The notes: generated from the sequence alone by a model not told the origin. A stretch of DNA of 64,000 nucleotides from an uncultured Verrucomicrobiae bacterium (GCA_963812605.1 CAWEWF010000005.1:373245-437244), one strand, 5' to 3'. Positions 29,421 to 40,667 are shown, numbered from the stretch's first letter. Numbers and translations: made by a program.

Positions 29421-30875
29421 TCACCGATTGGCGAGAAAATCTTTCAACGCCCCTGCCATCTTCGGGCCGATGCCGGTGACCTGCGCAATTTCCTCGGCGG
29501 TCGCTTCGCGGAGACGCTGGATCGAACCGAAATGCTGTAGCAGCGCCAGCTTGCGTTTCGCGCCGAGACCGGAAAATTCATCGAGCACTGACTCCTGCAC
29601 GCGACGTTTGCGCAGCTTCTGGTGATAGCTGTTGGCAAAACGGTGCGCCTCGTCGCGCAGGCGCTGAATCAGATGCAGGGCAGGGGAGTTGCGCGGCAGA
29701 CGGATCGGCAACGTCTGGTCGGGCACATGGATTTCCTCCATCTGCTTGGCCAGGCCAATCACGCGAAGCTCGCGAATGTCCAGTTTCCACAAGGCATTCA
29801 ACGCGGACATGAGTTGGCCTTTGCCGCCATCGACCATCACCAGATGCGGCAGCGAACCGCCCTCCGCCCGCACCCGCGCGTAACGCCGTCCCACGACCTC
29901 CGCCATGGACGCAAAATCGTCGCTGCCTTCGACCGTCTTGATGCGGTAATGGCGATAGTGTTCCTTGTGCGGCCGGCCATCCTGGAAACAAACGCTCGAA
30001 GCCACCGACAATGTGCCGCTGATGTTCGAGATATCAAAGCCTTCGATGTGCTGCGGCAAGGTAGGCAGGTTGAGCACGCGCTGCAGTTCTTCCATCTCGC
30101 TTTGCCATTCGATCTTGGGCGACAAATCGCGCGCGAACTTGCGTTCCCGCGACGCGCGCCCGATTTCGCGAATACTGGTGATCACATCGCGCAATTCGGC
30201 GGCCCGCTCGAATTTCCTCGCGCCCGCCGCAACGCGCATTTCTTCTTCGAGTTGAAGGACCGCTTCCTTGTTCCCTCCGTCGAGAAACACGCAGGCTTGA
30301 TCGACGAGGCGCAAGTACTCTTCGTGCGGTATGTCCGCCAGCGGCACCGGCACAAGATAGGTCGAGTACTTCAGGTCTTTCGCCTTGGGCGCCCCCGTGC
30401 CTTGCACCAAGACGCCGTACTTCTTGCGAATCCACTGCATCACCAGCCGCACCGCGCCGGCGTGCGCAAACGGCCCAAAATACCGCGCCCCATCGTCCTT
30501 CTTCAGCCGCGCAAATTTAAATCGCGGATACTCCTCGTTCAAGCTGACCTTCACCATCAGGAACCGCTTGTCGTCCTTGAACATCGCATTGTAGCGCGGC
30601 TTGTATTCCTTAATGAGCTTACCTTCGAGCAACAGCGCCTCGGGTTCGCTCTTCACCACCACCGTCTCGAAATCGGCAATCGACTCGATGAGAGCCCGGA
30701 CCTTCGGGTCCCACCTTATCGCGCGCGACGGATGAAAGTACTGGCCGACCCGCTTGCGGAGCGAGCGCGCCTTGCCGACGTAGATGACGCGCCCCAGCTT
30801 GTCGCGCATCAAATAAACGCCCGGCTTGTTCGGCAGATCGCGAACCTTCGATTTAAGTTGTGGCCCTTCGCTCAT
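29421..30875 (-). CDS. uvrC: Excinuclease ABC subunit C
   Basis: GIY-YIG LPNKPGVYLM..IYVGKA; FERAAELRD; EGFDISN; VDGGKGQ; RDEAHRFA; HhH. Confidence 0.95.
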   Translation of the reverse strand: MSEGPQLKSKVRDLPNKPGVYLMRDKLGRVIYVGKARSLRKRVGQYFHPSRAIRWDPKVRALIESIADFETVVVKSEPEALLLEGKLIKEYKPRYNAMFKDDKRFLMVKVSLNEEYPRFKFARLKKDDGARYFGPFAHAGAVRLVMQWIRKKYGVLVQGTGAPKAKDLKYSTYLVPVPLADIPHEEYLRLVDQACVFLDGGNKEAVLQLEEEMRVAAGARKFERAAELRDVITSIREIGRASRERKFARDLSPKIEWQSEMEELQRVLNLPTLPQHIEGFDISNISGTLSVASSVCFQDGRPHKEHYRHYRIKTVEGSDDFASMAEVVGRRYARVRAEGGSLPHLVMVDGGKGQLMSALNALWKLDIRELRVIGLAKQMEEIHVPDQTLPIRLPRNSPALHLIQRLRDEAHRFANSYHQKLRKRRVQESVLDEFSGLGAKRKLALLQHFGSIQRLREATAEEIAQVTGIGPKMAGALKDFLANR

Positions 30876-30973
30876 CGATATGGAGAATAATAGCCGATTT
30901 GCACCAGAATTTGGAGTGCGGCAACTCATAACTCTCCGGTGGCACAGGCGTCCCTGCCTGTGTGCGGATTGGA

Positions 30974-32585
30974 TCAACCACCCGCTTGCTTCGACCCGAA
31001 TCGCAGCACCGCCAACGTTTCCCCCAGTTCAGTAACACGAAGCACCTTGCAGGACGCGCCGAAAACAACGACAGCGACCGCCATCGACACGAGCATGTCG
31101 AGGTATCGGTTGAATTCACAGAGATGATGCGTGCTGTAAGCCGCGGCAGTCATCAGCGCCGAGGCGACGACAAGCTTTCGCCAGCGAACGCAGCAGAGCG
31201 GACACCTCAAGGCGGCCGATTTTGCGACGCATCAGCGCCAGGAGCAGGAAAAAGTTGCAAAGCGCCACGCACGATGTCGAAAGCGCCAGCCCGGCCGTCT
31301 TCATCCCAAACGTAACGGCAAACAGGTAATCCGTGCCGGCGTTGACGACGACGGAAGCCATCGTCACGTACATCGGGGTGCGCGAATCCCCGAGCGCGTA
31401 GAACGTCGGCGCGATGATCTTGATGGCGGCGTAAGCCACGAGCCCCACCGCAAAGGCGCGCACACAATTCGCCGTTTGCGCCGTCGCGAACGCGTCGAAC
31501 TTGCCGTGCTGGTAAATCGCCGCGATGATGGGCGTGGCCAGGACCCACATGCCGCACGCCGCCGGCAAGCACAGGAAAAACGCCAGCCGGATCGAACGGG
31601 CCAGCGTCTTGCGGAATTCGACCATGTTCCCGCGTACTGCGTGGGCGCTCACCGTCGGCAGCGTGGCGACGCTGATGGCCACGCCGAATACGCCAATCGG
31701 GAATTGCATCAAACGAAACGCGCAATTCAGCCAGGTCACCGCGCCGCTCCCGTTCGCGCCCGACATTTGCGGCCAGGAAGCAAACCATTGGTCAACGAAG
31801 ATGTTCACCTGGACGGCCGCCGTGCCGAGGACCGATGGGCCGAGCAATCGCAGGACCTGGCGAAAGCCGGGATCGTGCCAATCGAGAATGGGCTCATAGC
31901 GATAGCCCACCTTCCGCAGGCTCGGGACCTGGATGATCCATTGCAGCGCGCCGCCGATGAGCGTGCCGATGCTCATGCCCACCATGGCGCGGCCCGCCAG
32001 CGCCGGGTTGTGCAGGAATCCCGGCGCCAGCAGAAACGCGAAGGCCAGGCCGCCGACGATCGAGCCAATATTAAACATCATCGACGCGCTGGCGGGCACT
32101 CCAAAGCGATGTTTCGCGTTGAGCATCCCCATCGCGAGCGCCGCGAGCGCGACCATGAGCAGGAACGGGAACATGATCCGGGTCAACGTCGTGGTAAGTT
32201 CCACTTTGCCCGGAATCTCGGTGAACCCCGGCGCAATCATGCGCACGAGCCAGGGAGAAATGATAACCCCAATCAGCGTGGTCATCGCGAGCACGAGAAT
32301 CAGCGCATTGAGGACGAGATTCGCCAGACGCCACGCCGATTTGTCGCCTTCCGCCGAGAGCTTCTGCGAGAATGTGGTCACGAAAGCGGCCGACAACGCG
32401 CCTTCGGCGAACAGGTCGCGCAGCAGATTCGGGATGCGGAAGGCGGTGACGAACGCGTCGAACTCGCGATTGGCGCCGAAAAGCGCGGCCAGCACCTGCT
32501 CGCGGACAAGCCCGAGCACACGGCTACAGAGGACCGCAAGGCTGACCGTGCGCGCCGAGCGGGCGACGTTGTGCTCTTCGCTCAT
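30974..32585 (-). CDS. murJ: Lipid II flippase MurJ, frameshifted near 31170
   Basis: SRVLGLVRE, AFRIPNLLRDLFAEGALSAAFV, RLMQFPIGVFG. Confidence 0.93.
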
Positions 32586-33698
32586 GCTGGCGCCGGGTCG
32601 CGCTCCTCGACGCCGAGTTGTTTCAGCACGGCCTTGACGACTTCATCCACCTGGACGCCCGTCATGCAACGAAAATCGATCGGGCATTCACGCAGAAAAC
32701 AAGGACTGCATTCGACAGGCTGGCGAATCACCACGCTGCGGGAAGAGAGCGGTCCGGTGAGTTCGGGCGACGTCGATCCCCAGATGCTGATCACCGATGT
32801 GCCGATGGCGGCGGCGATATGCATCGGGCCCGTATCGTTTGTCAGGAGCAGCTTGCAGAACCGGAGCAGGGCGCACAAATCCAGCAGCGTGGTCTCGCCC
32901 GCGACGTTGATGATGGAACTGTCTCCCAACCCCGCGTCGCGAAGTTTCGCTTCGATCTGGCAGGCGATCTCGGTATCGCGCGGCCCGCCCAGGATCAGCC
33001 AGCGGGTATTGGCGTGATAGGAGACCTTGATTGCAGTCTCGGCAAAGCGCTCGGCCGGCCAGCGTTTCGCGGGGCCATATTCCGCGCCGGCGTTGATGGC
33101 GATGACGGGGCGACCGTCGTCTCGCAGGAATTTATTGAGCGGCGGCATCTCTTCCAGGGCAAGATAGATTCGGGGAGGAACCGGTTGGCTGTTGCCGCCA
33201 AGGCGCGAGATGATATCAAGATATTGCTCGGCCTGGTGCCGCGACGAAGGAAAGACCTTTACTTGAAACGTTTTGTCCGGCGACGGTCTTGTTTTGGTAA
33301 ATGGCACGCTCCCCGGGCGGCTGACCGACAACATCAGTCAGGAGGAAGCGGCGCCAGTGCCCGGCAAAGCCGACCCGGCGGGGAATTCCAGCGAGCCGGC
33401 ATTCCCACGCCGACCGAAAGGAATTCGGAAAGATGACGGCCAGGTCGAATGCGCCTTCGCGAAGGACGCGCACATCGGGCCGGTCCCCGAAGGGAATGAC
33501 CTCATTGATGAACGGATTGTGCCGCCAGAGGTCCGTCAGCTTGCCGGGGCAGAGCAGGGCAATATGGGCGTCCGGCGCCAGTTCGCGCAGGCGCTGGACG
33601 GCAGGCATGGTCATCACCGAGTCGCCGATCCAGTTGGTCGCGCGAATCAGGATGCGCGTCCCGCCGTTATCGGTGGCAGATCCTGGCGACTGCGTCAT
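32582..33698 (-). CDS. waaF: LPS heptosyltransferase II, frameshifted near 33325
   Basis: ATNWIGDSVM, FPNSFRSA, GAEYGPAKRWP, TNDTGPMHIAAA, CSPCFLRECP. Confidence 0.88.
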
Positions 33699-34833
33699 CA
33701 AAGTCCTTTGCGCCGGAGATGATGCGGATTTCCACCCGCAAGTAGTAAATGGGAATGTCGCGGCGGTCAATCTTTGGAAAACGGACCGCGTCCTTTTCCG
33801 TCGTGAGAATGGCATCCGCGCCGCGTTTGAGGCTGCGGTTGATCATATTGATGATCTCCTGCTGCGAGTAGCGATGGTGGTCCGCGTAACGTTTGGCGTA
33901 AATGACCTCCGCGCCCAGCCCGCGCAGCCCATCCTCGAAGCTTTCCGGCACGGCGATACCGGAAATGGCGGCGACTTGCAGCCCTTGCAGCGTTTCCAAC
34001 GGATGACGCACGCCGGTGAAGACATCCTGCAAGTAGAGCGGCTGGTGCGAGCACTCGATGATTTCGGCCTTCTCATTGAACTGGCGGATGGCCTTGCGCA
34101 GTTTTTTTGCGCCGAGCTCGCTCGATTTGGTGATGAAGATGTAATCGGCGCGCTTGAGATTGGCGATGGGTTCCCGCAAGGTGCCCCGGGGCAGGAGATA
34201 ATGATTCCCGAAAGGGTCATTGCGGTCGATCAGGCAGATGTCGAGGCGGCTCTTGAGCGCCAGATACTGGAAGCCGTCGTCGAGCAAAAGCGTGTCGCAC
34301 CCAAACTTGGAGATGGCGTAGCGCCCGCTCTTGACGCGGTCCTTGTCGACGAGGACGACAACATCCTTGAGATTGGACGCCAGCATGTACGGCTCGTCGC
34401 CCGCCTGGCCGCTATCGAGCAGCAACGACCGGCCGTCGGACACGATCTTGGGCGGGACCCGGTCCTCTTGAAAGGTGACCTTGGCGACGATCCGTTGCCA
34501 GAGCGGGCGCGGCGTGCTCTTGTAACCTCGCGAAAGAATGGCGACGCGACGCCCGCGTTGCTGCAGCGCCCGGGCGAAGACCTCCACCACGGGCGTCTTG
34601 CCGGTGCCGCCGACGCTGAGGTTGCCGATGCTGACAACCTGGCAGCCGAGAGTATGGTCGCGGAAGATGCGATGCTGCCAGAGATACAAACGGGCTTGAA
34701 TGGCCACTTCGTAGACCTTGGACAACCCCAGCAGCGCCGCGCTCGTGAGCCGCGCAGGCCAGTCACGGCGCCGTTCGAAGATGACGTCGAGCACATACTG
34801 CTCGACGTTTTCAGTCCATTGCCACATGTCCAA
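33667..34833 (-). CDS. lpxK: Tetraacyldisaccharide 4'-kinase
   Basis: [48 protein letters not shown]. Confidence 0.95.
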   Translation of the reverse strand: MDMWQWTENVEQYVLDVIFERRRDWPARLTSAALLGLSKVYEVAIQARLYLWQHRIFRDHTLGCQVVSIGNLSVGGTGKTPVVEVFARALQQRGRRVAILSRGYKSTPRPLWQRIVAKVTFQEDRVPPKIVSDGRSLLLDSGQAGDEPYMLASNLKDVVVLVDKDRVKSGRYAISKFGCDTLLLDDGFQYLALKSRLDICLIDRNDPFGNHYLLPRGTLREPIANLKRADYIFITKSSELGAKKLRKAIRQFNEKAEIIECSHQPLYLQDVFTGVRHPLETLQGLQVAAISGIAVPESFEDGLRGLGAEVIYAKRYADHHRYSQQEIINMINRSLKRGADAILTTEKDAVRFPKIDRRDIPIYYLRVEIRIISGAKDFDDAVARICHR

Positions 34834-34932
34834 TGTATAGTGCCGCAGCGTGGGATGAGGGTCAAGCCAGCCGCGGGCTCCATGACGACTTGATCAACTC
34901 TTCCCAGACGAAAAAGCCCGTGCGCGGCGGAT

Positions 34933-35670
34933 CTACTTCCGGCGCTTGAGGAACATCAAGGTCGCGAGACCGGCGAAAGAAAGGAGCAGGGTGCTCGGCT
35001 CGGGAATTTGCGAAAAAGTTTGGTCGATGATCGAGATCAGCGCCATGTTTTGACCGCCAGCCGCACCACCACCGAAAATAATGTCTTTTTGAATATAAAT
35101 CTTCTGCATCGGAGTCGGGAGGTCGGCAGACGCAGTAAGTTGCTGATTGCTGCCGCCCAGCAGATTAAAAACATCGATCTGTTTGACCAATACGCCGCCG
35201 AAGCCGCCGGTAAAGACATCCTCGGTCACCGACGAGAAGCCCGCGCCAAAGACCAGCCCATCGTAGTCCAGATGAACGTCCGAAATCAGCTGGCTCGAAT
35301 TGGTCACGGTGACGGAGAAACGAACCACGGCATCTTCCGTGATGTTGCCGATGGCTGTCATGGCGCCCGTGAACGAAATGCCAAACCCGAACAGGTTCGA
35401 GAGCGCCGTCAACTCCAGATCGTCGCCTGTAAACAAGTTCGTGTTGCCGCTCACGACCGAGAACTCCCCAAAAACCTTGTCGCCGATCTGCACGGACGAC
35501 ACATTGTTGCTCAGGAGTAACGACAGACCGATGGATTGGCCGGGATTAAGATTGGTGACTTGAGAATCACCCAGGCAGGCGGAATTGTTTCCCAGAAAAA
35601 CCGCAGCGGCCACCACGCAGACACACAACCCCCCCGAAAACGACAAATGACGTCCCCATCCCCTTAGCAT
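34933..35670 (-). CDS. PEP-CTERM sorting domain protein
   Basis: C-terminal IPEPSTLLL..LKRRK. Confidence 0.88.
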   Translation of the reverse strand: MLRGWGRHLSFSGGLCVCVVAAAVFLGNNSACLGDSQVTNLNPGQSIGLSLLLSNNVSSVQIGDKVFGEFSVVSGNTNLFTGDDLELTALSNLFGFGISFTGAMTAIGNITEDAVVRFSVTVTNSSQLISDVHLDYDGLVFGAGFSSVTEDVFTGGFGGVLVKQIDVFNLLGGSNQQLTASADLPTPMQKIYIQKDIIFGGGAAGGQNMALISIIDQTFSQIPEPSTLLLSFAGLATLMFLKRRK

Positions 35671-35851
35671 TTGACTTCCTCCTCCTTGTACGCCCCAACT
35701 TCTTTGACTGACCTCGCCCACACCACCAGCAGTCAAATGCTCTACCGCCGCGCACTGTAGACGAATGATGGGTTGTGTGTCAAGCAGCACCTCGATGGCT
35801 TGAGGTGGCCGGCTCTAAGGCTCTCTGGCTTAGGAGAATGGCCGGAATGCG

Positions 35852-38005
35852 TCAGGAAGGGAATGGTCGCGCATCGGAAACGACGCGAAAGTCGATCTGG
35901 CGCTTAAGAACATCGACGCGCGCCACTTGTACGCGGACCTTGTCCCCGATCTGGATCGCCCGTTTGGTGCGTCGTCCGACCAGTCGCTCCAGCCGCTCGT
36001 CGTATTGGTAGAAATCGTCCTCCAGCGTGGAGATATGGACGAGACCCTGGACGAGACTCTCTGGCAGTTCAACGAAGATCCCGAAATTCCGCACGGTGCA
36101 CACGACCGCATCCATGACCGCCAATTTGCCCCGCGCCAATTGCTGCTGGAAATACTCCAGCTTCTTCAATTCAACCGACTCTTCCTCCGCCTCGGCCGCC
36201 ACGCGTTCCGTCTGCGAGATGTGCTCGGCGGCGCGGGTCAACTCCTGGAGACTGTAGCGTCGGGGCGCGGTCTTTCCCTTCGCCAGCAACGTCAGCAGCG
36301 TGCGATGAACGATCAGGTCGGCATACCTTCGGATCGGCGAGGTAAAGTGGGTGTAAAATTTCTTGGCGAGTCCGAAGTGGCCCACGGGAACGGGCGAGTA
36401 ACGGGCCCGCTTGAGCGAACGCAACAGCGCCAGGTTGATCGCGTATTCTTCCGGTTTGCCTTCGACCTGCTTCAGGAGTTTTTGCAATTCCTGGCGATGC
36501 GCCACATCGCCGACTTTGTAACCAAAACTCTGCGCGTAGCGCCGAAAGTCCCGCAACTTTTCCAGGTCGGGGTCGTCGTGGATCCGGTAGATGCACGGGA
36601 TCTGCAACTGGCAGATGTGCTTGGCGACCGCCTCGTTCGCTGCCAGCATGAACTCCTCAACAAGTTGATGCGAGATGTCATAGTAGATCTTCTCGATATG
36701 CGTCGGTTTGCCTTGCTTGTCGAGACGAACCTTGACTTCGGGGAACTCCAAATTGAGCGAACCGCGCTCGAAACGCTGCTGTCGCAGGCGCGAAGCCAGC
36801 CGCCACATCTTTTTCAGCTCGCGGGTGAGTTCCTCGCGCTCATCGCGCGATTGCAGGCGCGCAAACGCTTCCTTGTACGTCAGCCGGTGCCGGGAACGGA
36901 TGACGCTGAGCGCGAACTCCATCTTGCGGACCACCATTTTGGGCGTGAATTCGATGAACACCGACTGCGTGAGGCGGTCTTCGTCGGGCCGCAAGCTGCA
37001 CAGGTTATTCGAAAGCTTCTCGGGCAACATGGGCAGGACGCGATCCACAAGATAAACGCTGTTGCCGCGCGCGTGGGCCTCGCGGTCGAGCGGGCCGTCG
37101 GGCTGGACGTAGTGCGAGACGTTGGCGATGTGCACCCCAAGGCGCCAACCGCCACCGGCCAACTCGTCCACATTCACCGCGTCGTCAAAATCCTTCGCGT
37201 CATCGGGATCGATGGTGACGATGAATTTCCCGCGCAGGTCGAGCCGCTGCCCATATTCCGCCGCGCCGATTTTTTCCGGGATGCGTCCGACTTCCGCGAG
37301 GGTCTGTTCCGAGAAGCCGATCGCCAGGCGATGTTTGCGAATGATGGCCATGATATCCACGCCCGGCGCATCGGATTTGCCAAGCACCTCGACGATTTCG
37401 CCCTCGGGGCTCGTGTGGCGCGACTTCCATTCAAGCAGCTTGACGACAACCTTGTCACCCACCTGCGCGTTGAGCGCGGGCCGGGTATAAACGTCATGCG
37501 GCATGCGCGGGTCATCCGGGATGACATAGTGAACGTGCTGGCCTTTCTGCAGGGTGCCCACAACAATTTCGCTCGCGCGCTCGAGGATACGAATCACCAC
37601 GCCGGCGGGTTTGTCGGCCGCCTTGAATTTCCGCCGGTCGCGATGCAATCGGACGACCACCTTGTCTTCATGCAACGCAACCCCGGTATCTTCTCCCGCA
37701 ACGTAGATGTCGGGCCTCGGCTCGGTGGGGGTCGTTGTTTCCGGGGGCGGTTCAGGTCGCAAAAAGGCAAAACCCTTCTCATTAAACTCGATTCGTCCGA
37801 CGACCAAATCGGCGTCGTGTGGCAGGACAAACCGATCGGTGCGAACGCGGACGACTTCGCCTTTGTCCAGCATCTCGGCCAGGACCCGGCGAAAGTCGCG
37901 GCGCTCGGTGGCATTCAGGCGGAGTTTTTTGGCCAGATCGTCGCGGCGGAGCGGATGATAATTCGGGGTGGCGAGAAGCGTCTGGATTTTCTGGCGGATG
38001 TCCAT
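35852..38005 (-). CDS. rnr: Ribonuclease R
   Basis: TIDPDDAKDFDDA, EEFMLAAN, HFTSPIRRYADL, C-terminal S1 domain. Confidence 0.95.
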   Translation of the reverse strand: MDIRQKIQTLLATPNYHPLRRDDLAKKLRLNATERRDFRRVLAEMLDKGEVVRVRTDRFVLPHDADLVVGRIEFNEKGFAFLRPEPPPETTTPTEPRPDIYVAGEDTGVALHEDKVVVRLHRDRRKFKAADKPAGVVIRILERASEIVVGTLQKGQHVHYVIPDDPRMPHDVYTRPALNAQVGDKVVVKLLEWKSRHTSPEGEIVEVLGKSDAPGVDIMAIIRKHRLAIGFSEQTLAEVGRIPEKIGAAEYGQRLDLRGKFIVTIDPDDAKDFDDAVNVDELAGGGWRLGVHIANVSHYVQPDGPLDREAHARGNSVYLVDRVLPMLPEKLSNNLCSLRPDEDRLTQSVFIEFTPKMVVRKMEFALSVIRSRHRLTYKEAFARLQSRDEREELTRELKKMWRLASRLRQQRFERGSLNLEFPEVKVRLDKQGKPTHIEKIYYDISHQLVEEFMLAANEAVAKHICQLQIPCIYRIHDDPDLEKLRDFRRYAQSFGYKVGDVAHRQELQKLLKQVEGKPEEYAINLALLRSLKRARYSPVPVGHFGLAKKFYTHFTSPIRRYADLIVHRTLLTLLAKGKTAPRRYSLQELTRAAEHISQTERVAAEAEEESVELKKLEYFQQQLARGKLAVMDAVVCTVRNFGIFVELPESLVQGLVHISTLEDDFYQYDERLERLVGRRTKRAIQIGDKVRVQVARVDVLKRQIDFRVVSDARPFPS

Positions 38006-38046
38006 TAGAGTGCGCGGCACGTTAGCATGGGCCGATAGGCCCACCA

Positions 38047-39519
38047 ATGAAAAAGTTTCTCTTCAAGCTCGCGTTTCTGGCGTTGTTCCTTGCGCTTGGC
38101 TTTCTTGCCTGGCGCAATTTCGTGTTGGAGCGAACGGTGAACGACCTGCGGGGCGAGATCACGCAACTCGAGAAGGAGCGGCGAGACTTGCAGGGCAAGG
38201 TTGCCGCCGCGCAGCGCGCCCCAAAACCGGAAGAGCAGGTCGGAGATCGCCAGCAGATCGAGCAACAAACCAGTGAATTGCGCGGCCTGCCGTTCAAGAA
38301 CCCGGTGAATTACAAAATCATCGACCGCGCGGAATTGCGCCGCGTGCTCGTGGGCAAGGTGAAGGAACAGTATACCGAGCAGGAAATGCGCGATTACAGT
38401 CGGACGCTGGCGGCGGTTGGATTGATTCCCGAAGGCACGGACCTGCTTAGCGTCTTGGTGAGCCTTTACAACGAGCAGGTGGCGGCTTTCTACGTTCCCG
38501 AGGAGCACGCGCTCTACACGTTCAAGGACCTCGTCTTCTCCAGCAATCTCGACAAGATGTTGCTTTCGCATGAACTCACGCACGCATTACAAGACCAAAA
38601 CTTCGACTTGCTCAAGTACCCGCTCAAGGTGAAAACCAACGACGACCTTGCGCTGGCCACTTCCGCGCTCGTCGAAGGCGACGCCACGGTGCTGATGACA
38701 CGTTGGTACGTGGAGAACGTCGATCCGGGCAAAATGTTGGGCGATCTCGGGGCGATGTTCAGTCAGAACACGGCCAAGCTGCGCGAAGCCCCCGCGTACT
38801 TGCGCGAGTTGCTGATGTTCCCCTACCAGGAGGGCCAGCAATTCGCGACGGCGCTGTATAGCACCGGTGGCACGGCGGCCATCGACGCGGCGTTTCGCGA
38901 CCCTCCAACGACCACGAAGGACATCCTGCATCCCGACAGGTTTTTGCACCAACGCGCTACGCCGGAACATCTGGATCTTCCCAGGCTCGAAGCCGGGGAT
39001 TGGCGTTTGATCGGCAATAATACCCTCGGCGAGTTCGGCACACGCTTCGTCCTGCAGCAGGACATGGGAATCTACGAGGCGCATGTTCTGGGGGAAGGGT
39101 GGAACGGCGATCGTTATCAGGTTTACGAGCGGGGCACGAACGGGCCGACCGCGCTCGTGTGGGTGACCGCCTGGGAAACCGAGCGGCAAGCCACCGAGTT
39201 CGCCGGGGCCTACAAAAAGGTGGTTGAGAAACGAGCCTCGACTCCCACTCCAACCCTGCGCATTCACCGCGACGGCAAACACGTCACAGTCATCCAATCA
39301 CCCGACCCCGCCTTCGTCGATTTGTGGGAATCAGCCCATGTCGCCATTATCAAGGGAGCACTGTCACCATCGGACGAGAGGCCTTCGTCGATTTGCAGGA
39401 ATCAGCCCATGTCGCCGGCAAGACCAACTAACGCCGGCACTCTGAAGATTGGGCGTGCTGCCAGGCTTTATCTTCGCGCAGATGGTTTTCGAGTTCATCC
39501 AACGGCACGGGAGTCTTGA
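38047..39519 (+). CDS. Membrane-anchored putative zinc metallopeptidase (HEXXH)
   Basis: N-terminal TM and coiled coil; VAAFY, SHELTHALQDQNF, LVEGDA, FPYQEG, GWNGDRY; last ~55 aa probably read-through into a duplicated/foreign segment. Confidence 0.75.
   Translation: MKKFLFKLAFLALFLALGFLAWRNFVLERTVNDLRGEITQLEKERRDLQGKVAAAQRAPKPEEQVGDRQQIEQQTSELRGLPFKNPVNYKIIDRAELRRVLVGKVKEQYTEQEMRDYSRTLAAVGLIPEGTDLLSVLVSLYNEQVAAFYVPEEHALYTFKDLVFSSNLDKMLLSHELTHALQDQNFDLLKYPLKVKTNDDLALATSALVEGDATVLMTRWYVENVDPGKMLGDLGAMFSQNTAKLREAPAYLRELLMFPYQEGQQFATALYSTGGTAAIDAAFRDPPTTTKDILHPDRFLHQRATPEHLDLPRLEAGDWRLIGNNTLGEFGTRFVLQQDMGIYEAHVLGEGWNGDRYQVYERGTNGPTALVWVTAWETERQATEFAGAYKKVVEKRASTPTPTLRIHRDGKHVTVIQSPDPAFVDLWESAHVAIIKGALSPSDERPSSICRNQPMSPARPTNAGTLKIGRAARLYLRADGFRVHPTARES
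39310..39416 (+). repeat. 36-bp direct repeat pair separated by 35 bp
   Basis: GCCTTCGTCGATTTG(TG/CA)GGAATCAGCCCATGTCGCC at 39310-39345 and 39381-39416. Confidence 0.85.
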
Positions 39520-39574
39520 TCCCAGCGGCCAGCATCTGCCGCCATTCTGAAATTGCCTGGTCGAGGTTGAACAT
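39428..39574 (-). pseudogene. Truncated paralog of the permease-prefix domain
   Basis: MFNLDQAISEWRQMLAAGIKTPVPLDELENHLRED.. nearly identical to the N-terminus of 39585-40307. Confidence 0.75.
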
Positions 39575-39584
39575 ATCGCGATGT

Positions 39585-40307
39585 CTATCTGGCATGATGC
39601 AGCAGGACCGGCGCGGCGACGAGCGCCGAAATAACCATCATGGTAATTGAAATGAGAACTGTGGCGTTGAGCAGAAAGGCTCCAATGCCGATGGCCGCCC
39701 GGCGATAGCGTGGCCACTGGCTGGAGCGCCACTCCAACAGAATGAACGTCAAAATGATTGCGCCAGTGATGAGTACACCGTATCGCGTCAGCAACAGCAT
39801 GGACCGGCCAACGACGGCGGTGGTTCTAAAGACAGCGGGAGCGCCGGAAAAATCAAAAAGAGAAGTACCCGCCAGTTGGCAGATTTCCGTAAGTTTCGGG
39901 AGTAAAAAAATGGCTGAGAATACCCAGAAAAATGCCGCCGGAATAGTGAAGGCCGCCGCTTTGAGGTAGGTGACCCAGGCCGGTTCGATGTTTGCGTTTG
40001 GATGAGATGTATTCATATTGGTGGCTAGTTGGGAGTTGGGTATTGCGGCGAAAGTGAAGACAAGATCTTTCACCTGCTTGTGGATCGTTCCGCCGACTTT
40101 CGTGAATTCACTTTTCAAAACGCTGGCTTGGCCAATTCTTTGGATTGCACATTCAAATGCTTGCTGTGCCTTCACACCGGATTGAATTTGCCGTTCGATG
40201 TCCTCACGCAGATGATTCTCGAGTTCCTCCAACGGCACGGGAGTTTTGATCCCGGCGTCCAGCATCCGTTGCCGCCATTCTGTGATTGATTGCTCAAGGT
40301 TAAACAT
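39585..40307 (-). CDS. Permease-prefix-domain membrane protein (PadR-associated)
   Basis: LEELENHLREDIE..AF..AIQRIG...LKSEF followed by TM helices. Confidence 0.8.
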   Translation of the reverse strand: MFNLEQSITEWRQRMLDAGIKTPVPLEELENHLREDIERQIQSGVKAQQAFECAIQRIGQASVLKSEFTKVGGTIHKQVKDLVFTFAAIPNSQLATNMNTSHPNANIEPAWVTYLKAAAFTIPAAFFWVFSAIFLLPKLTEICQLAGTSLFDFSGAPAVFRTTAVVGRSMLLLTRYGVLITGAIILTFILLEWRSSQWPRYRRAAIGIGAFLLNATVLISITMMVISALVAAPVLLHHAR

Positions 40308-40629
40308 AATTGTCTCCCCACAGGCCGGTCAGAACCGAATGGACTTTCATCCACTGTTCGCGCTGTTCGTCCAGCGCGCGTTTTCCGTCCTTCTTGAGCG
40401 AGTAATACTTCCGCTTCCGCCCGTTCTCCATTTCCACCCAGCGGGACTTGATCCAGCCGTTGTTCTCCATCCGATGCAGGACGGGGTACAGCATCCCGTC
40501 CGTCCATTGGATGTCTTCCTGGGAGCGCGCCTTGAGGTCCTGGATGATCGCGTAACCGTAGCTCTCCCCCCGTGAGAGCAGCGACAAAATGAGCGGCTCC
40601 GCCGAGGCCGCGACGAGTTCCTTCTTCAT
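40300..40629 (-). CDS. PadR family transcriptional regulator
   Basis: ESYGYAII, GMLYPVLHRME, RKRKYYSL. Confidence 0.92.
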   Translation of the reverse strand: MKKELVAASAEPLILSLLSRGESYGYAIIQDLKARSQEDIQWTDGMLYPVLHRMENNGWIKSRWVEMENGRKRKYYSLKKDGKRALDEQREQWMKVHSVLTGLWGDNYV

Positions 40630-40638
40630 TGTGGGAGT

Positions 40639-40667
40639 AATATGCATAGCCACGCTATGTATGTCAA
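40639..40667 (-). promoter_or_regulatory. padR promoter with overlapping palindromic operator
   Basis: TTGACA-N17-CATATT on minus strand; ATGCATAGC-CAC-GCTATGTAT inverted repeat (40642-40662) overlapping the spacer and -10. Confidence 0.65.

Noticed and set aside
30876-30940. Verrucomicrobial LexA box (TGTTC-N4-GAACA) upstream of uvrC
   Set aside because: No match found by eye
29622-38008. Long antisense ORFs (422, 513, 486, 693 aa) opposite uvrC, murJ, lpxK and rnr
   Set aside because: Shadow frames expected in high-GC coding DNA; no recognisable motifs
39310-39416. Annotation as a CRISPR array
   Set aside because: Only two repeats, inside a CDS, with no leader or cas genes; kept as a repeat only
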